Assembly (NCBI GenBank): GCA_043803685.1
Contig: JAZDJU010000018.1
Coordinates: 1 to 26,932, forward strand
Length of the DNA stretch: 26,932 bases
Source: Candidatus Omnitrophota bacterium
Lineage (GTDB): Bacteria; Omnitrophota; Omnitrophia; Omnitrophales; Aquincolibacteriaceae
Direction of reading: 5' to 3'
Every line of letters begins with the position of its first letter. Within the stretch, counting starts at the first letter, position 1. This document shows positions 1 to 9,094 of this stretch, piece by piece. A program made the position numbers and the translations under genes. The notes under the pieces were generated by a model. The model was not told the origin of the DNA. It did not search any database and saw only the letters and a list, made by a program, of their open reading frames with translations.

Positions 1-1
1 C

Positions 2-1573
2 TTCCGTTCGATCCTTCCAACCCTGGCGGGCACCTGCGTATTATATCTGTTGATTGAGGGGGCTTTTTTGATCCTGGGTTATCCGCAAGGTGCCTGCGAC
101 TTCATCGAACGGGTCATCCTCCAACAAAAATTAGAATTTAAAAAGCCGGCCGGTCATTACAGGATCTTTGTCTATGGAGAGTCGACGGTTCACGGTGCCG
201 GGTATGCGCCGACTTCGAGTCCGGTCAAATGGCTCGACGCGTACCTGAGGGATTTTCTTCCCGAGCGCAATGTCCAGGTCATCAATTTTGGACGGTTGGG
301 AGAAGAAAGTGATTTTATCGCGCAAGCTTTCTTCGATACGCTTCAGTACAAGCCCGATCTTGCGATCTTCTATCTGGGCCACAACACCTTTTATCCCGAT
401 AATCGTGTTGATTTTGTAAAGAAACGTGAATCTGAATTCAAAAACAGGCTGCGGCGGCTGTTCCGCAAGAGCCGTTCAATAGCGTTTGTTGTCCGGAAAG
501 TCATCGAAAACAAGATCCAGCGTCATTCCGGAAAGACCGAAGATATCATGGGGGACGGCAAGATTGAAATAGTCCCGCACTCTTTGACGGAAGAAAGCGA
601 AGAGATCACTGTCCCCGGAAGTAAGGTCTACTTGAATAATGTCCGGTTCTTTCAAGAGAACATCGAGAAGATCCTGGGGGCTTCCAATAAGAGCGGCGTG
701 CGGGCCCTTTTTATGAAACCCATCTGCAATTTGAAAGACTATCCGCCGAACTTTTCGATGCATTCGAAGACCTTGTCCCCCGAGCAACTCAAACTGTGGG
801 ATCAGTTTTATCAGCAAGGTCTCGCAGCGACTTCGAAAAAGAATGATCTTGTGGCGATCGAGTCTTTCGAAAGAGCACTGTCGCTCGATCCCGACTATGC
901 AGACCTTTCGTTCCGTTTGGGACAACTCTATTTTCAAAAAGGGGATCTCGAAAAGGCCCGGTCATTATTCGAACAGGCTCGCGACAGGGATGTGGTGATT
1001 CGCCGGGCACCCCAAGATATTTTGAGCGTTTTTGAGGATCTGGCGAAGCAGGATCGAATCCATTATTCTGATACCGAAAAGGCGCTTATATCCCGGGCTT
1101 CCGGCGGGATCATGGGGTGGCCCGTTATCGAGGACAACGTTCATTTTTCCTTGGAAGGACAGGCTCTGGTGGGGCGAGCCTTGGCGAGTGAAATAGCTCA
1201 AAATAATTGGATCGCGCCGCGCTCAGAATGGCGGTTCGAACGTGAGCGGCCGATGGAGGAGATCCAAAAAGAGCTCGGGGTCACTCGAAGAACAGTTTTT
1301 TGGGATTACTGTTCAGTGATCAGTTATCTTGGGGTTCGCTACGGTGAGCGGCTTGAATTCGCTCAGCGGGCCTTGGAACTTTTTCCGGAGGATCCCATCG
1401 CCTTGCGCCAACTGGCCTGGGCCTACTGGTTGTTGGGAGAAAGGGACAAATCTCTCAGTATTTATACGCATCTTCGTGAAAAAGATCCTTCGGCGCTTGA
1501 GGCTGTTTTTCGTGCTCAGCCAATGGTCCAACAAGCATACGAATCCTTCCTGTCCTATTCTTCTAAATCCTGA
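2..1573 (+). CDS. Membrane-anchored SGNH/GDSL-like hydrolase with internal and C-terminal TPR repeats (5'-truncated by window edge)
   Basis: Frame is open from base 2 (FRSILPTLAGTCVLYLLIEG, hydrophobic anchor). SGNH-type blocks: YRIFVYGEST (I), NFGRLG (II), YLGHN (III), EDNVHFS (V, DxxH). TPR-like segments, e.g. ADLSFRLGQLYFQKGDLEKARSLFEQA, lie between blocks III and V. Confidence 0.75.
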   Translation, partial: FRSILPTLAGTCVLYLLIEGAFLILGYPQGACDFIERVILQQKLEFKKPAGHYRIFVYGESTVHGAGYAPTSSPVKWLDAYLRDFLPERNVQVINFGRLGEESDFIAQAFFDTLQYKPDLAIFYLGHNTFYPDNRVDFVKKRESEFKNRLRRLFRKSRSIAFVVRKVIENKIQRHSGKTEDIMGDGKIEIVPHSLTEESEEITVPGSKVYLNNVRFFQENIEKILGASNKSGVRALFMKPICNLKDYPPNFSMHSKTLSPEQLKLWDQFYQQGLAATSKKNDLVAIESFERALSLDPDYADLSFRLGQLYFQKGDLEKARSLFEQARDRDVVIRRAPQDILSVFEDLAKQDRIHYSDTEKALISRASGGIMGWPVIEDNVHFSLEGQALVGRALASEIAQNNWIAPRSEWRFERERPMEEIQKELGVTRRTVFWDYCSVISYLGVRYGERLEFAQRALELFPEDPIALRQLAWAYWLLGERDKSLSIYTHLREKDPSALEAVFRAQPMVQQAYESFLSYSSKS

Positions 1574-1623
1574 CAACCCTGAAAAGAGGTCCTGAGTTTT
1601 TCATTTCAGGTCCTGGCAGCATC

Positions 1624-1632
1624 TGCTAGTAT
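1624..1632 (+). promoter_or_regulatory. Putative extended -10 promoter (TGcTAGTAT) for the DUF5989/glycosyltransferase operon
   Basis: TGn + TAGTAT about 20 nt upstream of a perfect AGGAGG Shine-Dalgarno (1651-1656). Confidence 0.35.
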
Positions 1633-1660
1633 GTCCGCTCAAATTTATAAAGGAGGCGTT

Positions 1661-1819
1661 GTGGGTAAACTGAGCATTTTGAAGGAGTTCTGGGATTTTT
1701 TGAAAGTTCGGAAAAAGTGGTGGCTGACCCCGATCGTGCTGGTCATGGTCCTTCTTGGGGCTTTGATCTTCTTTACTCAGAGCTCTTCTGTCGCACCTTT
1801 TATTTACACCCTTTTTTAA
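1661..1819 (+). CDS. DUF5989 family (SxtK-like) small membrane protein, 52 aa
   Basis: GTG at 1661 follows AGGAGG at 1651-1656. Sequence EFWDFLKVRKKWWLTP-(TM)-SSVAPFIYTLF matches the family's characteristic ends. Confidence 0.85.
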   Translation: MGKLSILKEFWDFLKVRKKWWLTPIVLVMVLLGALIFFTQSSSVAPFIYTLF

Positions 1820-1825
1820 TCACGC

Positions 1826-2995
1826 ATGCCGCGTTATCCATTCAAGGATCCGTGGAAACGGATCGCGGTCGGCTGGTTTGATGCGCTAGGGAGGATCTGC
1901 TTTCTTCCGTTGCGAGCGCGTCACAAGACCCTCGATCTTGCAGCTGTCCGGCGCGTCCTCGTGATCCGTCTGGATCATATCGGCGATGTGGTCATGTCGC
2001 GGCCTGCGATCCGGGCCCTGCATAAAAAATTCCCTCATGCCGCGATTGATCTTCTCGTGACCGGGGATATCGCGCCCCTTTTTGCGTCCTCCAAAGAGAT
2101 CCGGTCGGTGATCGCTGCCAAACATGGCTGGTTCGATCGCAAAGCCTCTTTCGCTCAAAAGTGGTCGGAGTTCTGGCGTCTCGTGGGCATCGTCAAAGCC
2201 GGATCCTATGATGTCGGGATCGACTTGCGTGGGGATATCCGGAATATCCTGCTGATGTTCCTGGGACAGATTAAACATACGATCGGATACGGGATCACGG
2301 GGGCTGGTTTTTTGCTGAACGATGAAGTTCTCCATGATGCCGATCAGCATCAGGTGAAGCTCAACCTGAACCTCCTGAGCTCCTTCCATGTCGCGCAGGA
2401 CAATAAGCTTCTGCCATTCGAGTATTCTTCCGAAACCGCGCAACAATTCTGGAAAAAGATCGATGTGCTGCCGCCCACGACGCTTTTGCCGCGCATTGCG
2501 CTCCATATGGGATCCGGATATCCTTCCAAACGTTGGCCCTTTGAGAATTTCCGCGCGCTGATCCAACAGATCGACAGGGAAGCTCTCGCCCAGATCGTGC
2601 TGATCGGAACTGAGTCCGAAAAAGCTGCCGCGCCGGACCTAAAGCTGAATTCAGAGCGCCTTATCGATCTGCGCGGTAAAACGACTTTAAAAGAACTTCC
2701 GATCCTTTTGGATGTCTGCGATGTTTTTATCGGGAATGATTCCGGCCCGGCGCACATTGCCGCAGCTCAGGGCTTGGAGGTCCTTTTGCTCGTGAGCGGT
2801 ACGAATGATATCCGTCTTTGGCATCCCTGGACCGAGCGGCTGACGCTTCTTCAGCATGAAGTCCCCTGCTCACCCTGTGGAGCTGAAATTTGCCCGGTCG
2901 AGGAACATCCCTGCGTGGAATTGATCACGGTGGATCAAGCCGATCAGGCAATAGGCGCCGTTCTAAACCGCTTGCAGAAGAGGTCCGCTTCATGA
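1826..2995 (+). CDS. Glycosyltransferase family 9 (ADP-heptose:LPS heptosyltransferase-like)
   Basis: RLDHIGDVV, GSGYPSKRWP, DLRGKTTL and FIGNDSGPAHIAAA motifs; C-terminal CSPC..C..C. Confidence 0.9.
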   Translation: MPRYPFKDPWKRIAVGWFDALGRICFLPLRARHKTLDLAAVRRVLVIRLDHIGDVVMSRPAIRALHKKFPHAAIDLLVTGDIAPLFASSKEIRSVIAAKHGWFDRKASFAQKWSEFWRLVGIVKAGSYDVGIDLRGDIRNILLMFLGQIKHTIGYGITGAGFLLNDEVLHDADQHQVKLNLNLLSSFHVAQDNKLLPFEYSSETAQQFWKKIDVLPPTTLLPRIALHMGSGYPSKRWPFENFRALIQQIDREALAQIVLIGTESEKAAAPDLKLNSERLIDLRGKTTLKELPILLDVCDVFIGNDSGPAHIAAAQGLEVLLLVSGTNDIRLWHPWTERLTLLQHEVPCSPCGAEICPVEEHPCVELITVDQADQAIGAVLNRLQKRSAS

Positions 2996-4080
2996 CAGAA
3001 CATCGCATTGGCCTCGATGTCAGGATGTTGCAAAACTCCGGGATCGGCACCTATCTGCGGGGTCTTCTCTCAGGGCTGAATACTCTGGGGCTTGATAAGA
3101 ATATCGCTCTTTTTGGAGGGGGGCAGGCACCCTTTTCCGCGCCGATCTATTCTGTGCAAGAGCAATGGCAGTATCCCGGTCTTTTACGACAATGCCAGCT
3201 TTGGCACGCCCCGCACTACAATGTTCCTCTGTTGAAAGGAAAGACGCGGCTTGTGGTCACGATCCATGACATTATCCACTGGCTCTTTCGCAAACAATTC
3301 TTGTCGCCGCTCCAGACTGCTTATGCCGGTTTTATGCTCAAACGTGCTGTTACTTCGGCTGAGCAGATCATTGCCGTGTCACAACATACAAAAAATGATC
3401 TCGTGGAGCACTTCCAGGCTCCAGCGCAGAAGATCACCGTGATCCATGAGGGGGTCGAGGAATCCTGTCGCGAGATCCCGCCCTCGGAACTCGGGCCTGC
3501 CTTTGAGGTGCTCCGGAAAAAATATGGCGTTCCACAGGACTTTTTCCTCTACGTAGGACTCATGAAACCCCACAAGAATGTTCTGATGCTTACGCGGATT
3601 TTTCGAGGACTCAAGGAAACGGGGCAGGTCCGCGCATCCCTCGTCCTGATCGGACGTAAGGACAAGCGGTATCCGCCTGGCTACCAGGACTTGGCCTCCT
3701 TGAATTCGACAGGGGGAATATTTTACTTGCCGACGATCGAAGCGCAGGAGCTCAAGATCTTCTACAATCAGGCGCTCGCCTTGGTCCATCCCTCGCTTTA
3801 TGAAGGGTTCGGTTTGACGCTCCTGGAAGCGATGCAGTCCGGAACACCGGTTTTGACCACGAATTCCTCTTCGATCCCCGAAGTAGTGGGGGATGCGGCG
3901 CTTCGGTTTGATGCCACGGACGAGAAAGCTCTGAGAGATGCCTTGGTTCGTCTGGATCAGGACGTGCCGCTCCGGGAATCGTTGCGGCTCAAAGGTCTGG
4001 AGCGAGTCAAATTGTTCAGCTGGAAGGAAATGGCCCGCAAGACGGCCGAAGTCTACGAAAAGGCGCTCTCGCAAAAATGA
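2992..4080 (+). CDS. Glycosyltransferase family 4 (group 1)
   Basis: ATG 2992 overlaps the GT9 stop (ATGA). SGIGTY, VTIHD, KPHKN and PSLYEGFGLTLLEAM (EX7E) motifs. Confidence 0.9.
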   Translation: MTEHRIGLDVRMLQNSGIGTYLRGLLSGLNTLGLDKNIALFGGGQAPFSAPIYSVQEQWQYPGLLRQCQLWHAPHYNVPLLKGKTRLVVTIHDIIHWLFRKQFLSPLQTAYAGFMLKRAVTSAEQIIAVSQHTKNDLVEHFQAPAQKITVIHEGVEESCREIPPSELGPAFEVLRKKYGVPQDFFLYVGLMKPHKNVLMLTRIFRGLKETGQVRASLVLIGRKDKRYPPGYQDLASLNSTGGIFYLPTIEAQELKIFYNQALALVHPSLYEGFGLTLLEAMQSGTPVLTTNSSSIPEVVGDAALRFDATDEKALRDALVRLDQDVPLRESLRLKGLERVKLFSWKEMARKTAEVYEKALSQK

Positions 4081-5168
4081 AAACGGCTCTGGTTCACGAT
4101 TGGCTTATTCATATGCGTGGTGGGGAAAAAGTCCTGGACGCCTTAGCCGAGCTCTATCCGGACTCAACACTTTACACGCTATTCTTTGACCGGAAGAAGA
4201 TCAGCCCCAACCTTGCACGGCTCAAGATCAAGGCATCGTTCCTGCAATACCTCCCTGGGATCAAGAGCTACTACCGGTGGCTCCTGCCGATCCTTCCTTG
4301 GGCGATACGCTCCATGAAGGTCGAGGATGCCGACCTTGTGATCTCAAGCTCCCACTGTGTCGCCAAGGGCATTCGCGTTCCCGAACACGCCTACCACGTC
4401 TGCTATTGTCATACGCCGATGCGCTATCTCTGGGGTTTCCAGGATGTCTATTTTGATCGCTATCTTGCCCCGGTCCGGTTTCTTATGAATGCTGTGTTTC
4501 GCCTTTTGAAGAAGTGGGACCTCAAGACCAACGAACGTGTGGATCTTTTTGTCGCAAATTCTGCTTACATCAAGGAAAGGATCAAGACCGTCTATCAACG
4601 GAATGCCGTGGTTGTCCATCCGCCTCTTGAAACAGGATTCTTCCATTCCGTGACCCCTCCTGAGAATTTTTTTCTTGCAGTTTCGCACTTTGTTCCGTAT
4701 AAAAGACTGGACCTGGTCATTGAAGCTTTTAACCGCTTGGATCGGCGGCTTGTCGTGATCGGCTCCGGCCCCCTGGCGTCCCAATACCAAACACTCCGGA
4801 AGAGCGAAAAGATCTCTTTTTCGGGGAGCGTCAGTAACGAGGAACTTCGCAAGGCCTATTCGGGAGCGGTGGCGCTGATCTTTCCGACCGAGGAAGATTT
4901 TGGTATTGTGCCGCTTGAGGCCCAAGCGTGTGGAGCTCCTGTGATTGCTTTTCGCAAAGGGGGAGCTCTGGAGACGGTCCAAAGTGGTGTTTTTTTTGAT
5001 GAACAGACTCCGGAGGCCATCCGCGAGGCTGTGATGCGCTTCGAGGCCCAAAAGATCGATCGGGAGGCGGTTTCCCGGAAGGTTCAAGGGTTTGGGCGCG
5101 AACATTTTCTGGAGCATATGAAAAAAATCGTCGAGAGTCACTTGATGAAGAAAGCCACTCAGGTATGA
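4077..5168 (+). CDS. Glycosyltransferase family 4 (WbaZ-like mannosyltransferase type)
   Basis: ALVHDWL..RGGEKV, CYCHTPMRY and EEDFGIVPLEAQACG motifs. Confidence 0.9.
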   Translation: MKTALVHDWLIHMRGGEKVLDALAELYPDSTLYTLFFDRKKISPNLARLKIKASFLQYLPGIKSYYRWLLPILPWAIRSMKVEDADLVISSSHCVAKGIRVPEHAYHVCYCHTPMRYLWGFQDVYFDRYLAPVRFLMNAVFRLLKKWDLKTNERVDLFVANSAYIKERIKTVYQRNAVVVHPPLETGFFHSVTPPENFFLAVSHFVPYKRLDLVIEAFNRLDRRLVVIGSGPLASQYQTLRKSEKISFSGSVSNEELRKAYSGAVALIFPTEEDFGIVPLEAQACGAPVIAFRKGGALETVQSGVFFDEQTPEAIREAVMRFEAQKIDREAVSRKVQGFGREHFLEHMKKIVESHLMKKATQV

Positions 5169-6559
5169 GATCCGGACATTCGCGTCGCATGACCGCGGCC
5201 ACGATCCTGGTCGATGCCGTCATGATCGTGGTGAGCTTTGTCGTGGCCTATTACTTCAGATTCCTTGGAGGGCTTCCCACGGACTTGGGTGTCCCGCCGC
5301 TTTCGGACTATTGGCACGCGCTCTTTGGCATCATTCCGATTTACCTCTGGCTTTTCCGTGAAGCGGGTCTCTACCAAACCTCACGCCATATGCGCCGTAT
5401 CGAGGAGATATTCCTGGTAGTCAAAGTGGTGACGTATGCGGTCATCCTTCTCATGGCCCTAACGTTCTTTTACCGGCAGTTCTCTTATTCGCGTCTTTAT
5501 CTGGTTTTTATCTGGATCTTTTCCTGTGCCTTTATCAGCGTTGGGCGCTACGGACTCATTCAATGGGGGTATTGGCGTCGCGAGCAGAAAAAGGACATGA
5601 TCGAGGTTCTGCTCATCGGTTTGAATGACAATACCCGCTCCTTGATCGAATGGGCCAAGAACAATCCTCATTATGGTCAGCGGCCTATCGGGATTCTTAC
5701 TTCCAACGTGCGGGAGGTGGGTGGACAAGTGGAAGGTATTCTGATTCTGGGGCTTTCCGAGCATTGGGAATCCTTTATCAAAAAGTTTCAACCCGATCAG
5801 GTCATTCTTCTGGACGACGGTTTTTCCAGGGAAACAGTGACGGACCTTGTCGCGACCTGCGAAGATGAATTCATGGATTTCAAGATGGGAGCGGATATCC
5901 ACGGTCTTATCGCTAGCAATGTCGGGGTGGAATATGTCAGCCACATTCCGCTTTTGGGATTTCGTACGCTTCCTCTCGATGATCCCTGGAACCGCTTCTT
6001 GAAGAGATCTTTTGACATCGTTGTCGCGGGTATTATGACGTTGGCTTTTCTTCCGATTGGTCTTCTGGTTATGCTGCTCATTAAGCTCGAAGGGAAGGGG
6101 CCCGTATTTTATTTTCAGGAACGTATGGGCCGCGACGGGAATGTGTTTCGCCTCATCAAATTTCGAACTATGCAAGTTGATGCTGAAAAGGAATCAGGGC
6201 CTGTTTGGGCGCGACCGGAGGACGATCGTAGGACGCGCTGCGGAGAGTTCCTTCGCCGATGGAATCTCGATGAATTTCCTCAGCTTTTGAACGTGCTGTC
6301 TGGAGCCATGAGCCTTGTCGGACCGCGGCCGGAACGTCCTCATTTTGTCGAAAAATTCCGCGAGAGCGTTCCGCGTTACATGGCGCGTCACAAGGTGAAG
6401 TCCGGACTTACGGGATGGGCCCAGGTCCACGGTCTTCGGGGTGACACCTCGATCGAGGAACGTATCAAGTACGACCTTTATTATATGGAAAATTGGTCGT
6501 TGCTTCTGGACGTCGAGATCCTGGTCATGACGCTCTTTGCGTTCAAGAATGCGTATTAA
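5165..6559 (+). CDS. Undecaprenyl-phosphate sugar-1-phosphate transferase (WcaJ/WbaP-type priming glycosyltransferase)
   Basis: Four N-terminal TM segments, a central Rossmann-like region, then the sugar transferase domain: KRSFD, KFRTM, LDEFPQLLNVL, MSLVGPRPE, GLTGWAQV, DLYYMENWS. Confidence 0.92.
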   Translation: MRSGHSRRMTAATILVDAVMIVVSFVVAYYFRFLGGLPTDLGVPPLSDYWHALFGIIPIYLWLFREAGLYQTSRHMRRIEEIFLVVKVVTYAVILLMALTFFYRQFSYSRLYLVFIWIFSCAFISVGRYGLIQWGYWRREQKKDMIEVLLIGLNDNTRSLIEWAKNNPHYGQRPIGILTSNVREVGGQVEGILILGLSEHWESFIKKFQPDQVILLDDGFSRETVTDLVATCEDEFMDFKMGADIHGLIASNVGVEYVSHIPLLGFRTLPLDDPWNRFLKRSFDIVVAGIMTLAFLPIGLLVMLLIKLEGKGPVFYFQERMGRDGNVFRLIKFRTMQVDAEKESGPVWARPEDDRRTRCGEFLRRWNLDEFPQLLNVLSGAMSLVGPRPERPHFVEKFRESVPRYMARHKVKSGLTGWAQVHGLRGDTSIEERIKYDLYYMENWSLLLDVEILVMTLFAFKNAY

Positions 6560-6641
6560 TATCCGGGAACGATGAGCGGGGAACGGGGAACACTTTCGTT
6601 CGCCGTGCTCCCGATCTTGTTTCCCTCATAAGGAGTCAAAC

Positions 6642-7415
6642 ATGGAAAAAGCGCCGTTGTCTGTTGTTGTGATCGCTAAGAATGAGGAAAAGCGTTTGAC
6701 CGAGTGTCTCAGGAGCGCGGAATTCGCGGCCGAGATTGTGGTCTTGGATGATATGTCCACTGATCGCACGGTGGAGATCGCCAAATCGTTCGGTGCGAAG
6801 GTCTTTCAGCGCGCCATGGACATTGAAGGCCGGCACCGGAATTATGCCTATGGCCTTGCCACGCAACCTTGGGTCTTCTCGCTCGACGCCGACGAACGCA
6901 TTACGCCAGAACTTGCGAAAGAGCTGGCGCAGGTCGCCGCAAAACCGAACGATCCGCATACCTGTTACTCCATGCCTGTCAAAACCTTTATTGGGAGCGA
7001 CTGGATCAAGGGCGGCGGCTATTACCCCGCACCGAAAACACGGTTCTTCAAAAAAGGTCAATTCCGTTACGAAGAGGCCCGCGTTCATCCCAAGATGTTC
7101 TACGAGGGCACGTGCGGGTCTCTCAAAGGGGACATCCTGCATTATTCCAGTCCGAGTTGGGAGAATTGGCTTTCCAAGTTCAACCGTGAAACGGGGCTCG
7201 AGGCTGAAAAATGGGTGAAAGACGGCCGCAAGATGGGGCCCTGGCGCGTCCTCCGGAAAGCGGCCAGCCGGTTCCTCAAATATTATTTCCAGAAAGACGG
7301 TATCGTGAATGGATACACTGGGTTCTTGATGTCGTTTTTCCATTCGGCTTATCAGATCATCGCTTTCGCGAAATATCGCGAACTCAAAAGAGCGCAGGAA
7401 AACGCTCCCAAATAG
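6642..7415 (+). CDS. Glycosyltransferase family 2 (WaaE/KdtX-like beta-1,4-glucosyltransferase)
   Basis: LSVVVIAKNEE, DDMSTDRT, LDADERIT and VH...GDILHYS motifs; SD AAGGAG upstream. Confidence 0.9.
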   Translation: MEKAPLSVVVIAKNEEKRLTECLRSAEFAAEIVVLDDMSTDRTVEIAKSFGAKVFQRAMDIEGRHRNYAYGLATQPWVFSLDADERITPELAKELAQVAAKPNDPHTCYSMPVKTFIGSDWIKGGGYYPAPKTRFFKKGQFRYEEARVHPKMFYEGTCGSLKGDILHYSSPSWENWLSKFNRETGLEAEKWVKDGRKMGPWRVLRKAASRFLKYYFQKDGIVNGYTGFLMSFFHSAYQIIAFAKYRELKRAQENAPK

Positions 7416-7422
7416 GAGTCTT

Positions 7423-8538
7423 ATGAAAGTCCCGTATTTTGACCTCTCCCGGTCGCATCAGAGGTTTGTCGCTGAAGCTCAGGCGGCCTTTGACCACATC
7501 CTGAAAAGCGGTGCTTACATTCTTGGACCCGCACTAAAAGAGCTGGAAGCTGAGTTTGCGTCTTATATTGGAACCAAGCATGCCCTCGGCGTCGGCTCTG
7601 GCACCGACGCGCTGATCTTCGCTTTGCGCGCGCTCGATATCAAGAAAGGGGATGAGGTTATTGTCCCATCCTTTACGTTCACAGCGACCGCGTTGGCCGT
7701 TCTTCATGTCGGCGCGACGCCTGTTTTTGCCGATGTCCTTCCGGAAACCTTTAATTTGGCGCCGGAATCTGTAGTGCAAGCGGTCACTCCCAAGACTCGT
7801 GCTATCATCCCGGTGCATCTCTTCGGGCAATGCGCCGATATGACGGCGCTGATGGCACTTGCCAAGCGGATGAAACTAAAAGTTGTGGAAGACGCCTGCC
7901 AGGCTCATGGAGCCATGTGGAACAAAGTGATGGCCGGCGCGTTCGGGAATGCCGGATGTTTCAGCTTTTACCCGACCAAAAACCTGGGAGGCGTTGGTGA
8001 TGGCGGTATGGTCACAACCTCTGACGAAGAGATCCTGAAGCGTATTATTCAATACCGGAACCTCGGAAAAGGGATCGAAGATCCGTTCGTTCATGACGAG
8101 ATCGGTTGGACCAGTCGCCTGGACAGCCTCCAAGCGGCCTTCCTTAGCATCAAATTGAAATTTCTTGATGAACTGAATCGTGAGCGTCGTGCGGTCGCCG
8201 CGATGTACCATAAAAAACTCGCGAAAACTCCTCTCATTCTTCCGCGGGAGGTTCCTGGTGCCTATCACGTTTATCACCTCTACGTGGTTCGTGTTCCGTG
8301 CGGAAAAAGAAATGCTCTCAAGGAGTCCCTTGCGGCGAAAGGGATCCCGACCATGGTCCACTACGCGACCCCGGTCCACGGGCAACCGATCATGAAAAAA
8401 TTCATGACGCGGAAGATGAAACTTCCAGTCACGGATACCCTTTGCGAAGAGGTTCTTACCTTGCCCCTCTTTCCGGGTATGACCGAACCGGAAGTAGGTG
8501 CTGTTTCAGTCGCCATTCAACAATTTTACGGGAGATAA
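7423..8538 (+). CDS. DegT/DnrJ/EryC1/StrS family PLP-dependent sugar aminotransferase
   Basis: GSGTDAL, PSFTFTATA, PVHLFGQ, EDACQAHG and SFYPTKNLG (PLP lysine) motifs. Confidence 0.93.
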   Translation: MKVPYFDLSRSHQRFVAEAQAAFDHILKSGAYILGPALKELEAEFASYIGTKHALGVGSGTDALIFALRALDIKKGDEVIVPSFTFTATALAVLHVGATPVFADVLPETFNLAPESVVQAVTPKTRAIIPVHLFGQCADMTALMALAKRMKLKVVEDACQAHGAMWNKVMAGAFGNAGCFSFYPTKNLGGVGDGGMVTTSDEEILKRIIQYRNLGKGIEDPFVHDEIGWTSRLDSLQAAFLSIKLKFLDELNRERRAVAAMYHKKLAKTPLILPREVPGAYHVYHLYVVRVPCGKRNALKESLAAKGIPTMVHYATPVHGQPIMKKFMTRKMKLPVTDTLCEEVLTLPLFPGMTEPEVGAVSVAIQQFYGR

Positions 8539-8539
8539 C

Positions 8540-9094
8540 ATGAGGAATACACATCGCAAAGTTGTTTTCATTGACCGGGACGGCGTGATTAATGTCGACC
8601 GTTGGAAGTACGTGGAGACCTGGAAGGAATTCCGTTTCGAAAAGGGTGCTCTGGAAGGTTTGAAATCCTTGAGCGACAAAGGATTCGACATTTTCATCAT
8701 CTCGAATCAGGCCGGTGTCGGAGACGGAGTTTTCAGTGAGGCGGCCATGTGGCAGGTGCATGAAAAAATGATCGCGGCGATGGCCAAACTCGAAATCAAG
8801 ATCCGTGGCGCCCGATATTGCATTCACGGGAAGAAAGAGAAATGCCCGTGTCGCAAACCCAAGACGCAGCTTCTTGAGAAGGCTGTCGCCAATCTTACGT
8901 TTGACCGGGACAAAACCTATTTTGTGGGCGACAAATTAAGCGATCTTGAGGCTGGTAAGAACTTTGGCGTTCGAACGATCCTGGTAAGAACAGGATACGG
9001 CAAGGACGTGGAAAAAAAGATCCCAAAAAAAATCCAACCTGACCACATCGTGGATAATCTCAAGGAAGCGGTTCCGTGGATCCTCAAGGCTTGA
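8540..9094 (+). CDS. gmhB: D-glycero-manno-heptose-1,7-bisphosphate phosphatase-like HAD-IIIA hydrolase
   Basis: ATG 8540 after GGAG. FIDRDGVIN, ISNQAG, CIH...CPCRKP and GDKLSD motifs. Confidence 0.8.
   Translation: MRNTHRKVVFIDRDGVINVDRWKYVETWKEFRFEKGALEGLKSLSDKGFDIFIISNQAGVGDGVFSEAAMWQVHEKMIAAMAKLEIKIRGARYCIHGKKEKCPCRKPKTQLLEKAVANLTFDRDKTYFVGDKLSDLEAGKNFGVRTILVRTGYGKDVEKKIPKKIQPDHIVDNLKEAVPWILKA

Noticed and set aside
1578..1615. CCTGAAA...TTTCAGG inverted repeat and AGGTCCTG direct repeat after the first gene
   Set aside because: The arms are short, the loop is 19 nt and there is no U-tail, so it cannot be called a terminator or operator.
1661..1819. Saxitoxin biosynthesis cluster
   Set aside because: Only an SxtK-like gene and an SGNH gene are present. 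No sxtA-type or other core toxin genes appear, and the context is envelope glycosyltransferases.
2890..2991. N-terminal extensions proposed by the ORF track (also 1631, 8498, 20484, 21418, 26265)
   Set aside because: They overlap upstream genes or precede clear SD sites. Family homology begins at 2992, 1661, 8540, 20541, 21640 and 26319.
1886..7343. Long minus-strand ORFs (1886-2566, 3379-4074, 4344-5141, 5459-6175, 6636-7343; likewise 16988-17698 and 21922-22794)
   Set aside because: They are antisense shadows of well-supported + strand genes and have no recognisable motifs.
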